Shown here: in pieces, positions 1 through 12,106 of the stretch
How positions within the stretch are numbered: position 1 is the first letter of the stretch
How the letters are laid out: every line of letters starts with the position of its first letter
Source of the DNA: Chrysomallon squamiferum
Taxonomy: Eukaryota > Animalia > Mollusca
Direction: 5' to 3'
Length of the DNA: 64,000 bases
Assembly (NCBI GenBank): GCA_012295275.1
Contig: CM022679.1
Coordinates: 31,248,001 to 31,312,000 of the forward strand
Notes under the pieces: model-generated
Told to the model about the DNA's origin: nothing
Databases searched by the model: none
The model's input: the letters and a program-made list of their open reading frames with translations, nothing else
Program-made: the position numbers and the translations under genes

Positions 1-249
1 TCTGGTATCCTAAATATTCATCAGGGCACCTAATTAAAAAAAAATGCAATTTTACGTTAATATCCATGTAGCAGAAATATATAAATATGTAAGTATATTA
101 CTAACCTAAACTTTTTCAAATTCTAAGTAATTTTTTGGACCAAAGATAAATTAAAATTGGAATGCTAATGAATATATTCTGTTTTATTTATTTAATATTA
201 AATTTTAATTATGACTACAACTTCGTACCTGGATGTGTTTTCATTGCAG

Positions 250-2360
250 ACCCATGGCAGAGACAACAGACAGCTGAATCTTCTCATTGTCAAGTTTGTC
301 ATCTTCTTGAACAATTTTCTCAGCTGTGACCCACAGAGAGCAATTTCCATGTTACAGAAATACACAGAGGTTCTGAGGTCAGACTTGAAGACATTTCCTT
401 TTTTTCTTATTCTTCTTATTATTTTATCTGTCTTACTTTATTGATGTGGTGCTTCGTTTAAAATTTTGTTAAATAACTTTGTGTTATTTATTAAGATGTA
501 TAAAGTGTTTGTAAATTCATTTATTAATTTATTTTTATTTTTGTAAATCATCTTCATTTACAAATATATGTTCATGTTTACAAACCAAATCCTTCACTTG
601 ACAGAAAGCAGACATTCTCAGTATTATTATAGCTTTTCACAATTTGTATTAATTTTTTTTTTTTTTTTTTATAAATGATTTTAGATTTATGGTTCAAAGA
701 ATAATCAGGTTTGCTGTGCTATTTGAAATGTTATTATTTCAGTTTACTTTGAAAATTAGTTTGTTTGTTGTTGTTGTTTTCAACATTTATTCCTTATTAT
801 TTATCTTTTTATTTTTTCATCTCTATTTAATGACTTTTTGTCCTATTTCAATAGTAAGATGCAAACTAAAACACATTATTGTTTTTACTTTTTACCTTTT
901 TAAAAATTATTTTCAGTTGCTGTTTACCTTTATGATTTATTCAGTGTTGTTGTCTAAAAAAAATTTAATGTTTTTTAATTAACACAGAAAAGTGTTGAGA
1001 GTTATTAATTGTTGAAATGTATTCAAGATGTAATTAGAGAGCAGTCAGAAAAAGGCATATTTTGATTATAAAATGATTAAGTATTTGAAGTTCAAAAGGT
1101 TTACAAGTACATAATAACTCTAATATTAATTAGTGTTAATTGAATATGTTTCTTTTTTGGTCAGATATTGTATTCATTTACAAAAGTTTTTTATTTTTTT
1201 TAAATTATTATTATTTTTTTTTTTTATATTCTAAATTCAGCAATGTTTCGTTACTGTTTCCTGACCTGTCTGAATTGAAGTCACTATTGGCTGGACTCAC
1301 ACTTCCTGTTCAGAACCAGACTGAGGCTGCTGCAGCAGATGAAGACAGTTCTTCTCTTGGACTAACCATCAAACCAACCAGCCTGTGGACACCAGCTCAA
1401 CTGGAACCATTCCACAAGAAACTGAAAAAGAACACCCCTACTGGTCTGTGTAGCTTTTTCACTCTTGTTATTTCTGAAGATTTATTTTATTGTAGTCATT
1501 ATATGTGTATGTATATGTTTGTATTCATTACCCTTATGTGTAATACTTGTGAGGAAATGCATATTTACATGGTGACTAATATTTGCCATCAATCTTTAAC
1601 TTCAGTTCTTAATACATAGTGTAATTAAAGTTCAAGTGCAATAAAGCATACATAGTTTATTTTTATAATTAAGCAGATATCTTTCTTCCATTTTTCAGAA
1701 AAATCTTTAACCAAATATCTTTGTTACATCTTACACAGGATTTTAAAAAGTAAAGTGAAAAAAGAATTAAACTTTCTAATTGTAAAACACATGGACAAAT
1801 TTTAATTTCTACCATTTTATTTTATAGAAAGCATTCAGGTTTTACAAGAACTTGATGACATTTCACAAAAGAAGGTGGAAATTCTGGAACACTTTGAGGT
1901 AAATTTAATTAATAGTTTAAATATATATGTTTGTATTTTACAAGAAACAGTTTGTTTATTTTTAGATATCAGTTTCTTGTAGAATTGAAGTGCAACAAAA
2001 AAAAATATGCAAAAATAAGCAAGGATTCTGTTTGTCCATCTTCCCCAGCAACCATTTTGTTTGGCTTTGGGGGGTTGTTATTTTTTTTTTTTTTTTTTCA
2101 TGTTATGATTACAAATATTTTGGTTATGGATACTATATTTTATTTATTTTCATTTTTTTTACAATTAATTTCATTTTTAAACATTTTTTCCTTTAAGGAT
2201 GATCTGAAGAGGTTTATGACAAATGGAAGTGACCCACTTCGTAACACAACATTCAATCTCGTGATGAGATACCTCAAACATAATCCAAGGTATAAACAGA
2301 TTTTGTAATATTTTGTTTTTCTCAAAATTACTATGTTCAGGTAACACTGTGAGAGAGAGA

Positions 2361-2391
<31 letters not shown>

Positions 2392-3279
2392 TTTTTTTAC
2401 ATGATTTTAAATATGTATTTGCACTCATTCAAATAGATATATTCACACACACACACATGTGTGTATGTTAATAGATGATTTTTATCTTTTTTTTTTCATT
2501 TTTCTTTCTTTCTTTCTTTTTAAAATATAGTAAAATAACTAACTAAAATACAAAATGTTTTTCAGGAGAGCAGGTGACTTTGTGCCAGTGTTTTTACAGT
2601 GTTTGAATCAAACGTCACCAGACATCATCAACTCTGCCCTGACAAACCTGGCAGAGTTTACAGTTCTTTGTCAAGGTAATTAATTATATAACAGTGTTTG
2701 TCTGCTTTTACCTTATTTTTTTATTACTGTTTGTTTTTGAGGGGTTTTTTGTAAAGGAATTTTACTTCATATTGTATAAAGGTATGTTTGTTATTTATGT
2801 ATTAGTAATCCAATTTAATAAATTCCCTTAAGTTTATAGAGCATGAGGCAATGACTGTCAGAAAAGTATCTTATAAAAACTTTTCTTTTTCTCTTTTTCT
2901 TTTCATAATGATAATTTAAAAACAAGAAAGAAAAACAAATAGAAAAAAATATATTCAAAAAATAAAATGTATGAGTATATGAATGCATTACTGAAACCAA
3001 ATAAAAATACAGTGTTAATATTATATTAATGTCATTACTAGTCGTAATAATAATATTAATCAAAATAACAGATTTTTCCTTTTTCTTTTATCTTTATTTT
3101 TTCACTTTTTATTTATATTACTGATATTAATAACAGACATTTTAAAAAATCTTTTGTCAGCTCATGCCCAGGTGATTTTACAGAAAGTGTTCACCCTTGG
3201 AATCACATCATCAATAGAAACATCATCATACATCAATGAAACTTTACATCTACTCAATCTAGAGTCTGCCTTAACCTGA
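250..3279 (+). CDS. INTS1: Integrator complex subunit 1, 3' end only (5' part lies outside the window); exons 250-377, 1241-1443, 1828-1898, 2198-2289, 2566-2675, 3161-3279
   Basis: All junctions are GT-AG and phase-compatible. The spliced peptide (..KFVIFLNNFLSCDPQRAISMLQKYTEVLSNVSLLFPDLSELKSLLAGLTLP..LQELDDISQKKVEILEHF..LRNTTFNLVMRYLKHNPRRAGDFVPVFLQCL..ALTNLAEFTVLCQAHAQVILQKVFTLG..INETLHLLNLESALT*) is colinear with the vertebrate INTS1 C-terminus as I recall it (LKSLLAGLSLP, ALRNLPEYALLCQEHAAVLLHRAF). TGA at 3277-3279. Confidence 0.93.
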
Positions 3280-5250
3280 GATCTCACATCATTAAGAAAT
3301 AACAGTTTAAAATTCAACCATAGTAAGCAACAAGGTGAAAGAAGTTGTTTCAAGCCTGTCGGTTAAAAGACAAAGTGTCCAGCAACATTCAGCCAAAAGT
3401 TGGTGATATATCACCAAAGTCACGCACTGATGAATATTTTAAGCAATATTCTAACTAAAGATCAGAAATTTATTTTGCTAAATGTACTGGTCATACTGAA
3501 GAATGGATGATTTCAAGAAAATTAAAAGAATTATAAACTGAAAAATCTCCTAGTGCTATTTTAAATTGTTCTTGTTAAATCTTATTCAAGTTGTACATTT
3601 AAAAAAGACTGAAAAAAAGACAAATTAATGTGCATCTGATACAAGAAACTGACATAATTTTGTAAACAAATGTTTAACTGTGTACATGAGATGTAACTTA
3701 AAATCCAGTAGTACATAAAACTTACATTACCCCAAAAAATATTTTACTTAAATAAGAAGCACTGAAGTTAGTGCTCATAGATATTGCATCTGTAAAAATA
3801 AAATTTCAAATAATCTGTGCTAAAAAGCAGTTTTATATTTGTGTATGTCCTACATTATTTACACATTATCTAGAAACAAAAAAGAGAAGATGAAATAAGA
3901 CATTTTAAGAACCAATTCTTTTCGAGTGATGTAAGTTCAGCTTTAAAAACCAAGCAATTAAAAAAATAGTCACTAATTTATGTGAACATTATCAAAGCCA
4001 GTGTGTGGGTATTCAAAGCCTAGAAAAAATATGCATTATGTAACAAATAGTAATACTGTTATCCTAGGCATTATATTGTTTTAGCTACATTTCGAATCTG
4101 GATGTGTTTACTGTTTTATTCAATCAAATTTTGTTAATGAGAATCTAAATGAGTGTGTGTGTACAAATGTGTGTACTATTCTAAGCAAGTGAATGACATT
4201 TAAGTATTTTTGAAATGCATCTGTGAAATAAAACGTATTTCTAGAAGTTTTTTTTGTTATTTTTTTTTTCTGTCATTTTTCAGTTTTGGGAGCAATTTTT
4301 AATTATCTTTTTGAAATGAAAATAATAGTTCTATGTATGTAATGGTCTGCTACTTTTTAACAAAGAAAAAGACACAAAATGTTTTGCTTAAGTTTCAGCA
4401 TATTTCATATTTTGATTTTATGATCAAATTGTTCTTCCCAACACATTTATAGTTTTGAGAAGTGAAGACTACTTGTTACAATAAAATAAGAAACAAATAT
4501 TCAGTGATATACAAAAATTATTTAATATTAACAATTACATTGCAACGTGTATTTTTTTATAATACAGAAAAAAGCTGAAGTCAACCATGTCATTACACTA
4601 GAAGATAGATGATAAATTTTATCTAAAGTGAAACAAATATATTTGGCATCTATCCAAAGTATTTTTTGTTTTTCAAGAATCTCTGACAGCATATTCATCA
4701 GAGACAGAAGAAGATACGAATATCTTCATTTTATATTATTCTTATACTTTATTATTACCAAAGTGCCAGTTTATGGAACAAATAAACAGTTTCTTGAAAG
4801 TACAAAATTAGATTACTTGTTTACATCACAGATGCATGCAAGCAAGAAATAAATGAAATAATTCAATGAAGGTGCATGATGTCTTTGGTCACAAATTCAG
4901 AAAACTTTAACAAAACTTCAAGTGGTGTACCAAACACACATTCTGTGCGATTATAAGCATTTCTGAGAATTAACTCTATTAGTCTTGTTGACATTTTGAC
5001 TAGCTTTATGACCACATCCTAATAATAACCTCTGCCCAAAGATAATCCTAATCCTTTAATAATGAACAATGAAGGAATAATACTGTGCTCAGTGCATCGA
5101 CTTCATTCTTTAAAACATGTGAATACTTCAGCCAACTGACTGATTGAATTGAAGTTACTTCTGGTTCATTTTGTTAGCAACATACTCGAACATACTTCTT
5201 TTTTTTCTCTTCCTCCAGACATTTTGAATTGTATCTCATCAGTTTTTGTC

Positions 5251-5416
5251 TCATGATTTTTTGATCTGATCAATTTTGTCTCTCATCTCCAGGAGAGAGC
5301 GACAGTGAGTCTGTAACAAGGCAAACACACTAGAAATCTGTGACAGAATATTGTCCTGTTTGAAAGGAGAAAAATACACATAAATATAATTTTATTGACC
5401 TATGTGCATGTGTCAG

Positions 5417-5447
<31 letters not shown>

Positions 5448-7879
5448 GACATGACAGTTATTGTGAATTTCCAGTTGCATTACTGAATGAATATATTAGA
5501 ATCTAACCACTTTCACAAAATAAATAATTACATTTTGCTTTGCTTAATAATAACAGAGGAACATCCTGATTGATTTCTATGCTAGTTGATATCTTGAAAT
5601 TGTCGACAACTGCTATTAATAATTATGTTAAAAATTTAAGTGTTGGAAAATTAAACTGAACCATACTTGATCAACAGACCTTTACACGTAACTAAAAAAA
5701 AACCTTTATGAGTAAACACACACACATGCACATATTCATCAGTCTACACATTTGATGAAAATTATTACCAGTTTTCCTCCATCCAGTTTGACAGCTGCAA
5801 CCCAACTGATGTTGTCAAGATGCTGATTAAGATCTGATAGTACAGGAGTTATCTGAGAAAATAACACACTGGCATATCTGAAAACAGTACAGACAAAATC
5901 AGTTAAAATCACATATTTGAAAACTACAAAGTCAGTTAAAATTACATATCTGAAAACAGTACAGACAAAATCAGTTAAAATCACATATTTGAAAACTACA
6001 AAGTCAGTTAAAATTACATATCTGAAAACAATTAAAATCACTTTACTATACTGTATTTCTCATATTAAAAACTATTTAGAAGTATTGTACCTGAAGTACT
6101 CTAACAGTTTAAGATAAACAAAAAAAAAATTTTTGTTTTACACGAAAACAGTGAAATGTATAAAATATTATTTTGCACAGAAAACATCCTTACTTGTGAT
6201 ATGCAGCATCAAGTTTAATAAACTCTCCCACAAATGGTTCCTGTAACTGACTAATTAGCTGATCTTTGTTTTGAATGATTGATTCAATATGGCTACTAAG
6301 ATCTGTTACCATTTTAATTTTTTTTTCTGAAATTAAAAAAAATAATTAAATGAAAAAAAGAAGGAAGAAAAACAATTAAAGATTTTTTTTTTTTTTTTTA
6401 AAGTAAGAATAAAACAATATGCATCACAGGAAATACAGTGCACTCAAATTTGGAGAACAAAACTGAAAAATTACTGAACTTAATTAGTGAAAAGAATTAT
6501 TAACATAAGTTCACATAAGTTACTTAAGTTTGAAGATCTTTTGGGGGTAGTTCAAATTAAGACAATAAGGTTGTAAATGAATAGATGTATAGATAAATAT
6601 TTTACAATACATCACAATTCATAAAATTTTACAATTTGGAATCAGATTTAATATGCCTTTTTTTAAACACTTTATCACAGCCCAAAACCATTAGTAGATA
6701 TGGCTGAAAATAACTATATTTTGCAATGGCATCTCTATATGTGTCTCAAACACTCACCTAAAACATCAATATGTGTAATATCTCTGATTTCCTTGTCATG
6801 CATTCTTTTCTGAATCTCCAGCTGTAACTGCAAGAAAAATAATCTTATTATAAACATTTGTAAATATTACTGAAACAAAAACTGTATTTCAAATAACCCA
6901 ATCAGTAGCAAACAATTAATTGTATCTATGCTATTTATTTGCGACTGACACAAGGAACAAAATCAGCAGATACTAATCAATTAATACCAGATACTAGAGT
7001 TTATTCATTTTTTTTATTATTATTATTATTTTTTTTTTTTTTTTTTTTTTTTAATAAATAGAAATATAGTCAGATTTAAGATTAACATATTTAACATATT
7101 ATTAATGTACTGTTTAAACACTTACTTTATAATTTTCTTTCCTAAGTTCTGTAATTTTTTTCTGCAAAGCAATCAATCTTAGTGAAGGCAGTTCATGATG
7201 GTCCAAGTCTGAGAATGACTGAAACAAATCTCTACTAACCTATAAAAATTAAATTTTATTAGTGTAAATAAAAAATATTCAGAATTGTATTAATTTCAAC
7301 AAAAAAAAAATTAATATAAAATATTTTCAGGTAAAAATTGATTTAAAGAGTACCTCTGACAGTGACGAGTACCTTAAATCATAAATGCATTATCTTTATG
7401 TGTGTCTGTGCATGTGAGTACACGAGGACGTGTTTGGTAATAATACCACCGGTATAATAATAAACTTCAAACATTATTTCATAAACAGAAGAAAAAGAAA
7501 AACACGTTTTTACTCTCTGATTAGATTATTGTAACTTTGTAAGAATGATGTTAAACAGGAAAATGTTATTCTTAAAACATCCTCTTAATTTGTATTTTTA
7601 TTCTTATATGTTAGATGATCAGAATTTCAGATTCATGGTTCTAAATCTCACGGACACTCACGCACGCATATACACATGCACATTCACACGGTGACATGAT
7701 GATGATGATATACTTTAAAAATTTACCATCGACTTGTTTGAACATGAAGGTATGAATCCCGATTTTTCGGCCAAGACTAGAGCATTTTTCCATGCCATTA
7801 CAGTATCATTGTCTTTTGCCCACGGATTTGATACTAATGACGAATCGTAATAACCACTTCTCCAAGATTCTCCATCCAT
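5251..7879 (-). CDS. HAUS2: HAUS augmin-like complex subunit 2 homolog, 227 aa; exons (minus strand) 7879-7727, 7239-7126, 6827-6758, 6326-6194, 5877-5769, 5355-5251
   Basis: Six exons with canonical GT-AG junctions join into one open frame: MDGESWRSGYYDSSLVSNPWAKD..ALQKKITELRKENYKLQLEIQKRMHDKEIRDITHIDVLEKKIKMVTDLSSHIESIIQNKDQLISQLQEPFVGEFIKLDAAYHKYASVLF..HLDNISW..IKKS*. The N-terminal NPW, the LEI..DK..D..H..L block and the HL..L..K..L...L.P......I.A.YH.Y block match HAUS2/CEP27 as recalled. Length is similar to the ~235-aa vertebrate protein. Confidence 0.8.
5874..6030. repeat. 72-bp tandem repeat (about 2.2 copies; 39+33-bp subunits) that duplicates the HAUS2 exon 5 splice acceptor
   Basis: ATATCTGAAAACA recurs at 5874, 5946 and 6018 (exact 72-bp period), with identical intervening sequence. 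Confidence 0.93.
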
Positions 7880-8787
7880 GTTGTTTCCGTACGTTAACGT
7901 TGTTTTAACGAAATTATACAGTTATTCAAAATTACCGGTCATAACAGCACTTACCTCCCTTAGAGGTCATATTTACAAACAGGTACCAGTCAATAAGTCT
8001 ACGTGTATGAATACATCATTCCTGTAAAATGAAATATTGTATGCATTTTGTTATCATTATTAAATGACTTCGATGATGTATTTCTTCATTACATTACTTT
8101 AGTATTAAGACTTGAAACACATCGTTAACATATGATTCACAAAAAATATGAATGTCATTGAAAGTTTATTTTGATTAATGTAATAATATCCTGTTGATGT
8201 TGTTAGGCTCAGTTTTTTTTAGTTGTAGTTGTATATTTGTAAATAACACGTGTTCTGTTATTTATTTAATTTATTATTACTATATTTAATCTTTCATTGT
8301 AAAATTCTGTAAATAATACAAGAAAAATGTGTTAGGTGTTGGTAAATAAGTATTTATTATATATTTAATATGAAACGGAAATATACATCTGTCACCTTTC
8401 TTGCCCTAACCCTTGTTTATTTGGTTATTTATTCAATAATATTCTTAAACACTTACGAAACAGGACACAGTATTTAGTTTTGTTGATAGTAAATATTTTG
8501 TAATAAACGTAATGATACATGTTTAGAGTTAGATTCATAAGATTTAGATTCACTCTCTTTCTCTCATCAAGAATTATATTTATATACTAATTTGAATCAA
8601 ATAATCGTGTATTTTATTAAATATATTTTATCCCTTTATGAAGGGGTGTCAAGGAAGTTTACAGTGAAGGAAATGAACAAAATAGTTAGGTTAGAGAACT
8701 TGCAAATTCTTATATTTGTCCAATACCATAGGATGAACAGTGAACAAAATTAACTAAATTATTATAAAAAATATTTTTCATTTACAG
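7880..8787. promoter_or_regulatory. Putative bidirectional promoter and 5' UTRs shared by HAUS2 (-) and UBE4A (+)
   Basis: The divergent start codons are only ~920 bp apart (7879 and 8802). CpGs are locally more frequent. ETS-like TTTCCG (~7884) and CGGAAA (~8376), palindromes ACGTTAACGT (7891-7900) and AACACGTGTT (8245-8254). An acceptor (tttacag, ends 8787) 14 nt before the UBE4A ATG implies a non-coding first exon within this interval. Confidence 0.6.
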
Positions 8788-8801
8788 ATAATTAAGGTAA
8801 A

Positions 8802-10142
8802 ATGGGAGATAAAAAGATAGAAGAAAATCCATTTGCAGCACTGTTTCCAACTGTCAGCCAGGCTCAGCAGTTTGTAGGTACTCAGCTTGTGTCTCAGAAG
8901 GATATCAATAAAGATTCATGTTGTACACAAGGTAAATCAGATTTGATATTTACAATAAAATATAAGAAAACACAAAGCTGTAAAATATGAAATATTCCAA
9001 ATGATACAGTTACTCTGTATAGTTGTCATTCTATCCACAATTGTTGTCATTAAAAACAAAGTTAAATAAATTAATTTTACCATTTACCCCCAAAATACTA
9101 TTTATAATCTGTTTATCTTTTTTATTTTTATTTATTTTTATTACTTTATTTTTGCTAGTTATTGCATCTACATCTCAAAGAGAGACAAAAAAAGAAAAAG
9201 AATCAAAAGATGTGAAGGATCAAACATTTCAAGTCAGTCGTCTTGTGGAAAAGATTTTCTTGATCACATTAGACAATGGTATGTTCAGTCTCATTTTTTC
9301 ATTTTTGTATAAATTGTCATCTAGCTTATTCAGGGTAATTTAGAAAGGGTTATACCTCTCTGAATAAATTAGTTTTTCTTTTCTTTAATTCAAAGATAGT
9401 GGCATAGCCAGTTCAAAAAAAAGTAAATGTTTTAACAAAATTTCACTTCATTAATAATTCAGTGAGGTCACTAGCCATTCTGTATGAAAGCACTTTTTTT
9501 TATTTTAAATGTAATAATTTAAAAAAAAAAAAATTAAATTCCAGATGATTATAATTCATTAGATGTATTTCATACATTAAAGAAATATCTTGGGTTTAAA
9601 AATAAATAAATAAATGGCAAGACTTGTATTTTGACTTGTATGCTGACTTACAGGATCATGTCTTTTACAATTATATGTTCATAATATAATTCTATATAAA
9701 CTTTTGAAATGTTTCTGTGACAGATTTCCAGGCGGATCCTGATCGGCCTGTATGGTTGGTGTATCTTAAGGAACTTTCAGACGCTCTCGATTCCCAAACC
9801 TGGATTGACATAAACTGTCTGGGGCAGGTGAGTCTTCTAATAATTTTATAATAATAACAAAATTTTGTGTCGATATATCTATCTACTTGTCGCAAGGAAA
9901 GTATTAAAATGTTATTTTAAGTAAAATAGTTCGTATCACTATTTTAACTGGAATATCAAATTTTATAATATGTTGTTTGTTTGATTTTTATTTATTTTTG
10001 AGATGAACCAAAATTATTACATGTTTTTATTATTATGATGATTATGATTATGATTATGAATATAAATACTATTATTAAGATTATGATTGTTATTATTATT
10101 GTTATTATTATTTTTATTATTTTCAGTTTGTTAATTCAGGTT

Positions 10143-10177
<35 letters not shown>

Positions 10178-12061
10178 TTCAATTCATTCATTCAGGCAGT
10201 GTTTGAGCGACTGATGTTGGAAAATCCAGCTGAATACATCAGAACAACACAGAATTCTGGGAAGGATGTCACAAGTAGCAGTCAAGCAGCAGAACCAGAT
10301 GCTTTGCGATATTTGTTTCACTGTTTCAAGCGCTGGCTGGACGTCATCATGCAGTGTGAGGTATATTCCTCCTTTTTTAAACTGTGTCTAATTTTTGCTT
10401 ATGGTTATGTCATGTAGTTCATTTTAATAGGAATTTAAATATACCAAACTAATGACATTACAATTTGAAAAATTATATAAAAATTCACTTGAAGGCAGCT
10501 GTTAATTACCACAAGTGTAAAAATCATGATGATAAACAGCTAATTGACTGGTTTTTTAAATGGTTAATTTGTAATAACACCTGGCTGATCATAAGAAACA
10601 TTATTATATACCAAACATTCATCTATCAAAAAGATGGTGAAAATAATTTTCTTTTAATAATCCAGACATAAGTGATTATTTGGTATTATTCACATTTTAT
10701 AATAATTTGTGACCTAAGTTTCTAAATCTGTTGCTTTATGTCATCACTAAGCACAGTTTGTCCTTTTCAATCATTTTCCTTCAGCTATTTTTGATCAGTG
10801 GCTGTGATTGTGATTGATATAGGTTTGTTAAACTGAGTTTGGTTTTCTCTGTTTGCAGGACACTACACTTGCTTCGCACCTCACATCATGTAAAGATGTC
10901 ATTTTGACCAATGCCAGAGTGTGTCTGCAGCAGCCTGAGTTGTTTCCATCTCAGAATATTCACCTGCAGTTCATGGACATTTATCATAACGAATGTCAGT
11001 TCAGTACAGGTTTGCTGAAGCTTTTTCAACTTTTCAACCATTGTTAATTTATAACCATAACATCTATCATGATCAATATCAGTTTAGTATGCGTGATTTT
11101 AAGTCTGTTTCACATAGTAGCTATTATTTATTTACCCTTACATTTAAGTAAAATAACCCCCCAAAATAATAGTAACGTTTATATTTTTATGGGTTTTTTG
11201 GAGGGTTTTTTTTGTTTATTTTTTTTAATTTCATTACCGTTTCCAAGTCATTAAGTCCATTATAAAGCACTGCTGTGGAAAATGAAAACTGAAACCCAGT
11301 CACATAGATTTTGATATACAGAGAATAGATAAACTACAGTTTATAAACATTCTGCTGCATTATTCATTTTTGCTTAATTAAGATCAGTAGTAAAAGTTTC
11401 TGACTGGTCTAAGAAAGCAACATAGGAATGGATGTATGGAAATTAAAAAAAACTATGATTTTATACAGATCTAACAGATGCAGCTGAGCAGTTTTTCTTG
11501 GATGTCAGTAAAGAAATTGAGAAAAATGAAGAAGATGGGACTTTGGCCGATGTGTTCAAGCCAGTTCTTGACCACCTCAAGAAAAGATTTACTAACGAGC
11601 TTTCCCTGATCCACTCAGAGACCTTGAGGTCTATCAACATGATGACTTTCTTCACCAAAACAGAAGGGCTGGCCAAGGTTGGTGATAAAATTTCATTTAA
11701 AATTTAAAATACTGTATCTGTACGTTTGCAAAAACATTTATCATTTTGGAGACATTGTTGCGTTATCCATAGACCAAGTCTTTTGTAGTGATTGTGTACC
11801 TCTTTTCAGCTGTAAATAATCTGTTAGGTTCTCTGGACAGTGACATAGTAATGAAATCAGGTTATAAATCAGTTAATGGTGATATAATCTGAAGCTCAAT
11901 CTATTCTGGTTTTATTTGTTACTCAGTCTGTGATGATCGTATCTGGTACTTAGTTTATGATGATGTAATAATGATACTCAGTCTGTTTTGATATTTTATT
12001 ATACTCAGTCTGTTGTGATATTTGATCCTCTGTCTGTTATGACTATGAGTTAATTTATGAC

Positions 12062-12106
<45 letters not shown>

